Under the pieces are notes generated by a model, which had not been told where the DNA came from, made no database searches, and worked only from the letters and a program-made list of their open reading frames with translations. DNA of 64,000 nt from the human T2T-CHM13v2.0 reference genome, Homo sapiens, in assembly GCF_009914755.1 (NCBI RefSeq), contig NC_060934.1. The stretch is one strand, 5' to 3'. A program made the position numbers and the translations under genes. Positions 46,646-61,303 of the stretch are shown in pieces; the first letter of the stretch is position 1, and each line of letters starts with the position of its first letter.

Positions 46646-48411
46646 TTTATGCTATGGAGGCTGGAACTGTTGTTGCCATCTTGCCACCACAAGGGGGAGT
46701 TTGGAACTACTGGGGCCCACAACATGGAGGCTTAAAATGAAGCCAATCAAAGAGAAGGCAGAGCCTAGAGATGGAGAGAGACCAAGCCCTGATGACCTCA
46801 TTTGAGCCTTGAAGCCCCACTCCTGAAGCCAGCTAGCCTTGGGCTTTTTTGTTGATTCAATACAGTTCATTCTTCACTTAAACCAATTTGAATTGGGTTT
46901 CCTGTCCCAACAGAAAGGGCCCTAATTGATAACCTCTCCTACTTTAGCAATAGCAGGCAACATGAGAGGGAGTGATATTTGTCTTATACTCAAAGCATAG
47001 TGATGAAACTTCAGTCTGATTTAGTACACCAATGGGTCGGACACGGACCATGCACAAGTGCTACTGAGGTGTAAAACCAACATGTGACATTTCCCCAGTT
47101 TAGCCCTGCAAGCTCTTGAGACACTGCTCACCGAAAGCTTCTTATGAATATTTCATGTTTCTGTCTGAGTCGATCAAATTTCTCAAAGCAGTTGAGGTGA
47201 GAGTGAAAGGCAGGGGTTCAATGAAGCAGCTGCTTAATGATTCCCTAAGTCTTGGGAGACCCTGGATAAAATTTGGCCAAGAAATAAAGGCAGAGATTTT
47301 TTCAGTCCAACCTGTCCTGGAAAGGCACTGTGTCATCTCACGCAATGAAACATAATAGCCAGTCTCTCTTCCAGGCCGAGCTCTCGGAGCTCTCTGCAGG
47401 TGCACTGGCAGAGCCTGGAAAGGTTGGCAAAGGCCAGGTGGCTTTGTTCCCCTGCTGCCTCCTCTTTAGAAGTTGCTCATTACAGAGCAGGACGGTGGTG
47501 TTATATAACACAAGCTCAGCCTGATTCCACTAGAGTACAAGGGAGAGGAAAATGTCTAAATGTCTTAAACACACTGCAGACTGAGACCATATATAGGACT
47601 CTTTAGACATTGACAGACGGGCAATGCATTGAAGTCATAATACACCCTAGACTTCCTGTACAGTGCCCCTTATAAACGCAAGCACTTGTTATATGATAAG
47701 AGTCTTCTAGAGTAGAGCCAACAACAGCAAAGCCTGTATTTCTAATAATTCTTGGGGTTGGCCAAGCAATCTCTTTCCATGGATCTCCAAGAGCTTTGCA
47801 AACATTTGCTGTGAAGAAACCTCACACACACACACACACCCATATTTTTAAAAATCACCCTTGTGAATAAGGGTGATTATACACACTCCCATTTAATTAA
47901 CAAACATGTCCTCTTGTAACCACATGCCTCCTGTGACATGAATAAGACATTCAACACCCAGGAGGTGGAAATGAGTCCTGCTGTTTTTTAACCCTTTGTA
48001 AAAGTATGAGAACACTGTATAAAGGAGGTGGTTTCTGAGCAGAGGTATGTAGGACAAGAATGCTGTAAGCCATGGAAGCACCGAAAGGCAGAAGCCCTGG
48101 AGGCTGTGAGCATGTAAACAGTCATGCCTGTACAAAGCTGAGCTCAGTCATACCTGTCCAGGTCCCTCTGGGTCAATCTATGAAGTCTCGGAGTTGGAAG
48201 AAGATCAGAGGAAGTTTTATTCAGGGAAATAAATGGTAGCCAAGGCCAAAAAGAAAGTTTAAATAATGGTCATCTAGGTGAAAAGCACAAGGTTGAAGCT
48301 AGAAATATAGAGCTGAGGGGTGAGGCAAACACAGAAAAATAAGCCAGAACTGAGGTCAGGTAGGGAGGTCAAGGGCAAGGTGAGCCAGGGCAAATGGCTG
48401 TAGCTAGAGAA

Positions 48412-48830
48412 AAAGAGAGATTTATTTTTTTTTAATTGGCTCATGCAATTGTGGAGGCTGGCAAGTCTGAAATCCATACAGCATGCTAGCAAACTGGAAC
48501 TTCAAATGAGAATCATGTTGCAGGCTTCTGCCTAAAATTTTAGAGCAGGCCAACAGAATTTCAACACAGGCAAGATTTCTATGTTGCAGCCTAGAGGCAG
48601 AATTTCTTCTTCCGCAGGAACCCTCAGTTGTTACTCTGAAAGCCTTCAACTGGATTGGATGAGGCTCGCCTGCATTACGGAGGGTCATCCACTTTACTTT
48701 ACTTACAGTCAACTGATTATGAATGTTAACCACATCTACAAAATACCTTCACAGCAACATCTAGACTAGTGTCTGACCAAACAACTGAGACCATAGCCTA
48801 GTCAGTTGACACACAAAATTAACCATCGTG
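48412..48830 (-). mobile_element. MLT2 LTR
   Basis: aattggctcatgcaattgtggaggctggcaagtc...ttgacacacaaaattaaccatc. Confidence 0.8.
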
Positions 48831-50002
48831 GGGTGTTTAAAGATGCCAACAGACCAAAGTGTTTACGAAATTCCTTACTCATAGAGATGTAGGGCTAGAA
48901 GATACTCTATAGGTAAGGAATCTAAGAACTGGTCCTTAGATTCCTTATCTATAGAGTATAGATGAAGAGAGTATGGTGGAAAGTGATACCTGGATCACCC
49001 AAAAGATGGCAAGGACGTAGGCCTCCTAAACCCCGTCCTGTGCTTTTTCAAACTCTGGATCTAGATATCCTAAGCCCCAGTGTGCCAACTCCCACGCGGT
49101 TTCTTCTTTGATCAAACTTGGTTGGGTACAAAAACAGCCATGTGTCTTTAAATTTGTGCCAGCTAGATCACATTCTAGTCATCCAAATATCTATTTCTTC
49201 AATAACCTTGGGAGGAAGTTAGGGATAGCAGAAGGCTAAGGACAACAACAAAATGCAAAAGTTTCCAAGAGACTGGAAAACATATGTGGAGTTGGAGCCT
49301 TGCCCTTGTGGGTTTTATTTCGGAGCCATCTACATCTAGCCAGCAATTACTTTGGGAATTCTCATTTGCACCTATGTTCTTCTATTTGCAAAACTTGAGT
49401 TACATCAAGATGGGCCTGCCTATCAAGAAAGGGCTGTTCACTTTTCCGTTCGTTAGGCCTAAAATGGCGAAATCAGCTTGTTTTTGACTTTTTGTGAATG
49501 AAATAATAGTGTTTGCTGTGTGGAACCATCTGGCCCATGCACAGCATGGATTGTTTGCATCAAACCCCGCCTGGCATCCCTCTGAGGTCAGAATCCTCCT
49601 ATGGCTGGGGTGGCTCCAGGAAGTGCTTAGAGCAACAAAAAACTTGGCAAAAATAATCCACAAGAGCATCATGAATGCAAAAACTCTTCCCATAACAGAA
49701 CAATCACCAGAGGAGTCAGGCGCTTTTCTGTGGAAACCAGGGTGTACTTGAAAAACTCACCCAGAGACCAAGGCAGAGAGGAACGATCTGTTACCATCCT
49801 CCCAATTTGGCCTGCTTTTATTTCTCTAAAATCATGGTTTGCAATATGTGGGTGTTACTGTGCTGTTTTTTTCCCCTAGTAGAATGACAACCAGGAAAAC
49901 CTCCACACTTCAACTGAGCAAGTATTTGTCGACTTGAGTGGGATATAGTGAATAATAACAATAGCTAATTGAGCACTTATTATGTTCCAAGGAATGTTCT
50001 GA

Positions 50003-50368
<366 letters not shown>

Positions 50369-51209
50369 CCTTATTATTCCCATTTTTTAAATGAAAAGAT
50401 GAAATAGAGAGATGTCAAGTTAGGGAAAGATTAAATTTCCTAAACAAACACCATAGTTCATCAATTCTAAAATAATTTTTGTCACATTTTAACATCACTG
50501 AAATTAGAATGTGTCCTACAACTGATGGCACGTTAGCATTGTGTCATAATTTAATTAACCACTTTTTTTCTTTTTTGGTGATGCTTAAAATAATATTTCA
50601 TCTTACAGCAACAGTATCTTAAATTTGATGAGAAATGGCAGGGAGAGAGAGTCAGGGTAAAACCCGGGCAGTTTGACTGTGGAGTCTGTGTTCTCAGGCC
50701 ATGCAATGAGAGATTCCCAGCTGCCCAGGGAGAAGGGGAGGGGAAAAAAATAGATTTTGATTTCAACTAGGAGTTCAGAAAATGCTGTAAGTAGGATTTC
50801 TGAGACCTCACCATTCACCTAGTTCTTAAATTGGTCATCAAAAACAAAACAAAACAAAAACTTTACTTGGTTTTTAAATGGATAAAAAGCTAAGGCAGCC
50901 TAAGCAGTTTTCCAGTCTTTTAAAAAAGAAATCTTCAATGCTTTTTGATAAACAAAGACCTCATACTGGTCCCCTCCCTATGACACCCCCAGAAATTCTG
51001 ATACTATATGCTGACCCTACTATCACCCCACTCTGTGAGAATATTTGGCCTAAAAAATATTCAAAAACTGTCTTGTTCTGTGTACAATTCTGCGTGGGAT
51101 TTGATCCACCTTTCTCTTTTCTTATCTTCTCAAGCATGATAATATTTAGATAGCAATAAACTTAATTTTTTTTTAAAGAGTGAGGGTGAGTGAAAGGGTA
51201 AAGAGGAAT

Positions 51210-51255
51210 TGTGTGTGTGTGTGTGTGTGTGTGTGAGTGTGTGTGTCTGTGTGTG
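51210..51255. repeat. (GT)n microsatellite
   Basis: Visible dinucleotide run with interruptions. Confidence 0.9.
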
Positions 51256-52768
51256 TTTTGGAATTGTTTTGTTTTGTTTTATATTTGGGTTGGTAAGGAA
51301 GAAGTCTGTATTTTTTTTTAAAGGAAATCTGTAATTTTAACCAATTTATTATTCCCAGTTTTTCTAGCAACAACACATTGATTTTGTTGCCCAGGAAACT
51401 GGTGGGAGTTTCTGGAGAATTAATTACCTCATTCCAAACCAGGAGGTCACCAACCACGCTCTTTTCAACTCTGTTTTTATATGAAACAAAGGCCATTCCT
51501 TGCAGCTCACCTGAGTCTCTCTAGAGTCTGAAACCTGAGTCTCTACTCATTCCTGGGATTTCGCACTTCCTGCTGCAAACCATATGTCAGGTTATGACGG
51601 GAAAACCCTATAGTTACATTTGGGGAGGGTGGGGGAGGAAGGATGAGGTCACAAATCCCTGCAGGAGGCAATCACAGCTCCAACTCAAAGCTGCTAGAAA
51701 AACATGTTCCAATAAATTAAATAGATTGTTTTCATAGCCCTTTAACAACATTTTGCTTTTTACAGTTTGAAGTGTCTTTCCCTCTGCTCTGTGCCATAAG
51801 TGGGCTCCTTTTAGACTTTTGCAAAAGCTAGCGGCTAGCCTGCCCTGAGCGGTAATCTGCCTGGATTTTGTTCCCTGCACCTGGAAAGTTCTTTTAATTG
51901 GAAGGGTTTTTTATTCCCTTCCTTTCTTTGGTGGAGACACCAAACACAGAGAGCCTGGGGGGAAATGGGGTCTCTCAAGTCACTAAGAGACTGAAGTGTC
52001 TTAGGGGGCTTTGGTGGTACTGAGGACTCACCTAGCACTCCAGTAAAAGACGCCTAGGGATTTGGGAGGCATGCCTCAGGGGAGAATTTGCCCTCCTAAG
52101 GACAAGAGGATGAAAAAGAAGGCTTGCTGACATGCCCCACTATTGATAGGAAACCCTGAGTACCAGGAGTAATCTGGTTACCCATCTGAACCACAAGAAA
52201 TCTATCACTGGGGATGAGAACATAGTCCTTGTCCCTTAAGTGGAGGACAAGAAGAATGTTTCTTTAAAGATGACTGGCAGAAAACTGACTCATGTCAGGG
52301 TGGTGGAGGAGAGAAGGAACAGGATCTGAAATCTGGCAGACTTAAATTTGAATCCTGGCTCTGCCACTTGCTAGCTGCATGACCAGCAGTGAATGAACCG
52401 CTCTCTGAGCCTCTGTTTCCACTTGTACAAAATAAGGATAACAATATAAAGTATGAGTACTATGAGGATTAAATTATATCAAGTATTTACACTGCCTAAC
52501 ACATAAAGGCATGGAATGGCTGCTCTATCCATGCAATGCATCGTGCAGATCTCTCTGACTTCACATCTCCATGTGAGAGGATTAGGGCAGCACCTTGACA
52601 GCAGGTATGCCCCATTTTCTTTTCTCCAACAAAGCTCAGACTTATCCTATTCCTCAGCACACCTCAACTGCTTCTCCCTGGGGCCTGGTGGGCTTCAGAA
52701 GTTAAATCTGTGCTTATTCCACTTCTCCTAACAAGAGACCAGGAATGACGAAGGCTCCAGCCTTGTAG

Positions 52769-53219
<451 letters not shown>

Positions 53220-53539
53220 TAGGGGTATCATCCCTTTCTTTCAGCTGTTTCTGTGAATTTATTTCCATAATAAGCACATTTTAGAAATCACTTAGTCTAT
53301 TGCTATTTCCACTAACACTTTCTGTAGCCCAGAAACCTTTAAAACCCCCACTCGGCTAGATTGGAAAGTCCCACCTCCTCTATGAAGCCTTCTCTGGTTG
53401 CCCAGTTCACATTGTGCCCTCCCTTCTCAGAAATCCTGCAACACTGCTAATCAGCACCATATGGCTTAGCAGGGAACACTGTTCTTGCTCCATAGTGCTG
53501 TGCTCATCTCCCTTGATTGCTATTAAGATTCTCGACGAT

Positions 53540-53663
53540 GGTTGCCAGATAAAATACAGGATGCCCAGTTAACTTTGAATTTCAGATAAACAGCAAAAAA
53601 CGTATTAGTATAAGTACGTCTCAAGTATTGCATCCCATATTTTTATTTGCCAAATCTGGCAAC
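53540..53663. mobile_element. MER53 fragment
   Basis: ggttgccagataaaatacagga...aaatctggcaac. Confidence 0.75.
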
Positions 53664-54023
53664 AGTAAGGCCACATTCTTATGCTTCTACATCTGCAACA
53701 GCATTGCGGAGGTGAGACTGTCCTGGGCCACATCACAAATAATTACTGGTATCAACAACAACAACAATAATGGCTAACATTTATCAAGCACCAAGCAGTT
53801 ACTGCCAGACACTAGGCTAGATACCTTATGTCTACCATGTCAAGGAGAGGGTCCAAAAACATGTACATAAATATGTCATTGACAATGCAAGGTCGAATAT
53901 GTTTTTTTTAAGGCAATGTAGCTTCAAGATTGAGGGGAGACACTCTAAGCCACATAGCCCAGCACTGTCATTTACTGTCCTTACCACCTTGGGTGTTTAC
54001 CTAATCTCTCCTTATTCTCCTCA

Positions 54024-54411
<388 letters not shown>

Positions 54412-54783
54412 TTAAGGGAGTGACAAGGTGCCCAGCACATGGTAAGTACTCAGGAAATGGTAGACGTTGTTGTGGTGGTAGTGGAGATGGTATCGTTCTG
54501 ATGGAACTTAGAGGTGGAGCTCTTTGGCCTGAGTGTTTAGTAGGCCTTCAAGGACTGCTAAGTGTGACGAGTCAGGGAAGATTCCCAGGACAGCAAGAAA
54601 GTGGAAGGCCTTTTTAGGATGTGGTAGGTAGACTTACCTAGCTGCTTCAGTTTGCATGGGATTAATGCAAAACCTTGTTTACAATCAAAATGCTCTGTTA
54701 ATCTAAATTAACTTATAGTCCTCATAGCTTAAATATTTGCTCTTGTGGCTAGAGCAATTGACAGGTCTTGGGACACAAGTTGA

Positions 54784-55099
<316 letters not shown>

Positions 55100-55837
55100 T
55101 ACATGATTCTTTTTTAAGGGAAACAGCAGGGATAGTTCTGACAATTGATATCTGTCATTGCACCTCATTTCCAAGCTTATCACAGCAAGATAACATTCAC
55201 CAAGGAACTAAGATATTTATTGACTATCTATCGATTGGCAATAAAGAGAGTTGTACTCTCTTGGTAATGAACCTTGAGGATCCCCTCCAAAAGTTCCTTT
55301 TGCCCCTTCTCTTCTGCAGGATGACTTGGGCACGGAAGCATAGACCCAGCGCTCGGGACCTTTTGCTGGATCTGTTTCCGCTGAGGCTTCTGCTCGGAGC
55401 TGAGGCTGTGGGAATGAAACCATAGAGGGTGCCAGATGGCAGGGTGTGGGAAGTCTCAGGCTGGAAAGGGATGGCCAAAATAAACAAGCGACTGGAGGTC
55501 TGAAAAATGAATGGATAAACATCCAGACCAAAGTCAACAGTGCTGGAGAGTCCAACCCGGTCTCCGCAGCCGGGGAGGTTTCGACACGTGAGTTCAGTCT
55601 CAAGTCCTTGAAAGAACTTTTGTGCATCTGATTCTTAAGCATCCCTGCCTTGGAGGGGGTTGTGGGGGAGAGATCACACGGTTCCTGTAGCAATTCAGGA
55701 ATCGTTAGATTTTCATCAACATGCTTTTCTATAAGGTTTCTGCCTAAAAATCAGTAGATGACTGGACACTTGTTGATATTAAAGAAGTAATGTTAATTTT
55801 TTTAGTATAAGAATAGTGTTGTGTATATATTTTTTAA

Positions 55838-56130
<293 letters not shown>

Positions 56131-59100
56131 CCTTTAAAAGAATCTTTATCTATTGAACATTTACAGATGAAGTGATGCGATGTTGTGCATTTTCTTAAAA
56201 ATAATCTGGGAATGGAGGCTGGGGATTGGCCAAAAATGGACAATTTTGAGCTTGGAGAGCATTATACTATTTCCTGTACTTTCATATATGATGCTTAAAA
56301 TTTTTCATAGTACAAAGGTTTAAATAAAAGTTGTCAAAGGTGCATTTATTTTTATCTCATAGAAAGAACCAAAGTAGGATCTAACAGAATATTTAGGGTT
56401 TTTTTTAAAGTATAAAAGATCCCTATTTTAGGTCTACATAAAACACAATGAAATGGAAAAGAAGCAGAATTAAGCCATTTGGAGATAAAGCATAAATAAG
56501 TGTTTTACACATCTGAATATTTTATGACAGAATATCTGTGCTTTCCTATAAAGTAACAGATAATATGTGTATAGCACCTTTGGTATTCTCACTTCTCCAG
56601 ATAACTGGATTGTGTTTACCTCATTTTGGGAAACAGTAAATTCAGAGAGTAGAGTTTATGATGTACATCTAAGAGATGCTTCAGAGTAGCAGTTATTACT
56701 TTGCTGGTTGGGGGCCCATTTGCAGTTCAGTGGGGTCTTGACTTAGACTGGGGCAAAAAGAGGAAACAACTCCGTGAAAGAAAGGAGTCTAGCACACTGA
56801 CCAAAAAGTCCCTGCTGGAATTCTTCTCTGACTCAATTCATTTCCTCTCAGCCTTCTGGTATGATGGGTTTTTTGTTTATTTGGTTTGTCTTTTCAATCC
56901 CTGATAAATTTGAATTACAGTCACTCTATGATGTGTGCTATGGAGAAAAGCAAAAAAGCAAACTGTTTAGAATCCTTGTTTAAACTGGAATCACTGATTC
57001 AGCTTTGAAAGTAATACATGATCATTTCCTGGCCAGCAAAAGACCCCAAATCCTGTGTGACCAGTTCGTATTTATGCAACTAAAATGCCTCCAGTTTGTT
57101 TGCTGTTGTTGGGGGCTGGGTAGAAATGTGCTGCTGTTTCTCTAAAGCATAGTTGGCACAGGCATTGACTCTATAATCTTACTGCGTTTGCAAATGTTGT
57201 TAGGAGACCAGCATATGTCATATCACATTGTTTTTAATGCAGTAAAGAGTCAGATGATACCGCACAGCCTGCTCAGTGCGGGAAGGTGCCTGGCTGCTCT
57301 GCTAGCGGAGTCCAAATCAATTATCCTCTAATCAGGACTGTTTCCGGCACTGGTCAGAGTGAGGTTCAGAGTGAAAAGGAAAAACTGCTATTTCTCTCCA
57401 GATCCTGTTTGCATCAGCGGACTCCATCTGAGACCCATCCTGTTTGACCTCTGGTGTGGCGGGGGAGGGGAAATGGTCTGTTTGACTTTTGACTGTCACT
57501 GATCCGAGGGCCTCTTTTTCTCCAGGAAATTCTAGGATTAGTATTAAAACTTAGTCATCATCCTCAGTCTAACAGGATATACAGTCTGAGCTATTCAGGT
57601 TTCTCAGACTGGTCTGTGGGACACTTGTTCAAAATGCAGAGTTTGACACAGTCTCTAGGAAGATGCTATTTAAACAAACTACCCAGGTGATTCTGAAGTA
57701 CAGCCAAACTCAAGAACTTGGATCAGAATGAGAACTCCTCAAATCCAGGCCACTGACTCCAGCCAGGCCCAACTCTTCTATTTATACTCTAATACTGGGA
57801 AACTTGTTTAGAGTTCTGGGCACCTAGAAGGGACCACAAAAAGAGATGCCTCTGTTTATGGGCACAGGAATGCTTTAGGACACCACCTTCATACATTCCT
57901 AGGGGGCAGATAGTGAGAACCTGGCCTAACCCGGGGTCAGCCTGCAGACAACAGTCAGACCCTGACCAGCTTCCCACCAAGACATGTCAAAATGGGAAAA
58001 ACAAGGATAAAGTTAATTCACTCAAATGATTTTGTGATTATTTTAGCCATATCTTTCTTGAGGTCCTAAAATAGCTTTTCTTTTAGAGATTTATTTCCAA
58101 TTTATGTGTTTATTTTTTGAATGGTTAATACCTGATACCCCTTGCACAAAATTTAGAATGTTCAAAAACTTGCTACCTTGACTATGTGGGAAGCCTCCTT
58201 CCCATCCCAAAACAGCTACTGATTTCTTTTTCTTCAAAAAATGCTTATTAAAGGAGATAAATCTGTAGAACTCATTTCTAATTAAGCAGGTAGCATCTTC
58301 CTTAACAATGTATTGTGGAGCTACTTCTATATCAGTACATTTGGGGAATTTTATAAAATTAAATGATGGTGATGATATATTATAGTTGGGTATTCTTAAA
58401 ATGCCTTAAAGACTGCACACACACACACATAAACACCCCACAAAATCACACACATACACGCATATTTGGCGGCCCCATACCGGAGCCCCAAAAATGTTTT
58501 TACATTTTTTTTCTAGTCCATGAAATCTAAAAGCTAAAGCCAGGGACATAATACCAATGAAGAATAATAATAATTTTTAAATGATATTTTTGTAATATAA
58601 TATCATATCATATATAATACATAATAATTATTTATTTAATAATAATAGTAAAAGGGTTTCGGACTCAAATGGGTTTGAGCTTAAGTTCTAGTTCTGTTAT
58701 TTTCTAGTTCCAAGAATTTAGATAAGTTGCTGGTTTCTCTGAGCCATTTTCCTCATTTAGCAAAACTGAAGGTGGGGTGAGAAATAAAATCTCCTTCCTG
58801 AAGTTGTGAGAAGTGAATAAATAATGAATAGAAAGCACCTGGAACCTTGAACTTGAAGGATTATCAGTATGTGGGGCGCGGCTAAGATAGCTGGCAACAG
58901 AAAAGAGCTGCAGAGAGGTGACATTAGATAAGGACTGGAAGTGCTCATTGACTTTGGCAGTTGGAAAATCAGTGAAGATTCAGCCACAGAGCTCAGGGGA
59001 GTGTTATGGGCAGAGATCAGAGCTGGCAGCAGGGGTGGCACAGCGGCTGGCGAGGAGAGGAGGCGGTTGGTGCTGAACACGTGCATCCTTGTTGAAGCTC

Positions 59101-60417
59101 TGCACTGTGTGCTCCAGTCTCAGAGCAGGCAGGCGTTCTTAGTCAAAGAAATACTGTCTGGCAAGCAAAAAGATCTTTCTGTTCCTTTATCTGCATTTTC
59201 TGAACACGGTGAAGGGATTATACTGGCAAGAGGGATATTTCTTTAAGCCCCACTTCTTTCTCAAGGACTCCACTCATATCCTGCGGCTGTTCTTGTGCTT
59301 CTCTCACGTAAACAGCCGCCCACCAATCTTCTCCAAAGACTCTTTCTCGCTAGTTCGTTCACGTCTTCCTCCTCTCCCCACTTCCTCTCTGATTCTATCC
59401 CAAGAAAGCCCAAAGAACCATTGGTCTAGAAGACAGAATCCTCAGAGGGCAGAAACAATTCACAAATACACAATCCTCTTTGGCTGTCAACAGCAGGGTG
59501 GAAAGGGTGGGAACCCTGCTGGGTAATAATTTTTGTCCCTTCACAAATGAATGAATGATGGGTTAAACTGAGCCAAACCCCAGCTGGGCTGCAGAGACAC
59601 ATGGAATGTGCCGAGGGTTTATCTGAGCAAAACTTTGAGGAGCTGTGAACAGACTGTGTGCCCGTGACAAATGGTGTACTGCATTTAACACAAATTAGGT
59701 GATCACAGTTGCCTTGCTGGACCAGCAGGAGTGATACTTCGGGATAGAGAGCATTCCAGGACCTCTTCAGTTAAGGGATCCAGTTCTCTTTCTGCATAAA
59801 GAACTGGCTGTCTTGACCCTGAACCACGCACTGTGCTGTAGCATGCTACCTTTTTCCATTTCTGAGTAAGCCATCTACGGCCAAAGCCCAACTGGAAAGT
59901 TCTGGGAGAATCCTGGGCATCAGGCTCAGCATCCCAACACATGATGGGCAAAATAAGACAGAAGCCAAGGGGAAAGGGCCAGTTGCTTAGCTCTGAGAGC
60001 GTTCCAAGTTCCTTGGAAGAGATGTCTCTCCCTGCCCCCTCCTTCTGGAGAACTGAGGCCCAGTTTAACAAAGCAGAAATGTGAGGGATTTGACCTTCTA
60101 TTAAACTTTGTTATTTCAAAATAATGCTCCGGTTTACTTAAAGGTACAGTGCAAATAATTGGGTTCACGTGTTTCACCAATTCAGATAAAAGATGAGGGC
60201 CAATCTGCATAAGTGATGACTCTTTCTTACAGCGAAACTCAAGCTAGGAGAGGCAAGACAGTGTAGCTGTGGAGCTGCTGAGAGCCCAGGCTTTGGGGTT
60301 AGACAGACCTTGTCACATCCTAACTCCATTGATGAATTAGTATCTGTGTGTCTTTGGGCACTTTATCACTGTGAGCTATAGTTTCCTTATCTGCAAATTG
60401 AAGATAATAACCTTACC

Positions 60418-60684
60418 GGCCGGGCACAGTGGCTCACGTCTGTAATCCCAGCACTTTGGGAGGCTGAGACGGGCGAATCACTTGAGGTCAGGAGTTTGAG
60501 ACCAGCCTGGCCAACATGGTGAAACCCCATCTCTACTAAACATACAAAAATTAGCCGGGCGTGGTGGCGCATGCCTGTAATCCCAGCTACTCAGGAGGCT
60601 GAGGCAGGAGAATCGCTTGAACCTGGAAGGCGGAGGTTGCACTCCAGCCTGGGCAAAGAGCGAGACACCATCTCAAAAAAAAAA
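60418..60684 (+). mobile_element. AluS with a right-arm deletion
   Basis: ggaggttgca joins directly to ctccagcctggg (tgca microhomology). Confidence 0.85.
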
Positions 60685-60834
60685 CCATACATACCTACTT
60701 CATAATGTTGTTGTGAACAAATGTATAAGGCACTTGACATTGTGCCAAGTAGGGTATCTTTCACTAAATAGTTTCTCTTGTTGGTAGGGGTTCTTGGAGA
60801 ATCACACTTTATGAATGTGTAAGAATTTTTAATA

Positions 60835-61082
60835 AACTTTTAAATTTTGGAATAATTTTACAGCTACAGAAAATTTGCATAGCTAGCCCAGAGAGTTAGC
60901 ATATACCTTTCACCAAGATTTTTTTTTTAATGTTAGCATCTTAATATTACCATGGTACATTTGCCAAAACTCAGAAGACAACTTTGGTACATTACTACTG
61001 ACTAAACTCGGTATTTTATTTTTATCCATATTTCAGTTTCCTGTTCCAGGATGCAATCTGGAATATCACATTACATTTAGAA
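60835..61082 (-). mobile_element. L1MC-like 3' fragment
   Basis: ttttggaataatttta...catggtacatttgccaaaac...cacattacatttag. Confidence 0.6.
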
Positions 61083-61160
61083 GAATGTTTTTTAATTAGC
61101 ACAACAATCAACATTATTAATCAATCAACTAGTGTCTCTGTTCTCAAAACCTAAATGTGG

Positions 61161-61303
61161 GGGCAAATATGGTGGCTCATTCCTATAATCCCAGCATGAG
61201 TTCTTGTGTTGTTGCCCAGGTTGGTCTTGAACTCCTAGCCTCAAGGAAACCTCCTGCCTCAGCCTCCCAAAGGGCTGGGATTAAAAAACAAAAAAACAAA
61301 AAA
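61161..61303. mobile_element. FLAM-type Alu monomer with an internally inverted body
   Basis: Sense 5' end, antisense body, then A-tail; TSD aaa(a/c)cctaaatgt. Confidence 0.75.

Noticed and set aside
55425-55445. CTCF-like gtgccagatggcag (also ggcagcaggggtggcac near 59025)
   Set aside because: The 5' half of the consensus is mismatched; not supportable without ChIP data.
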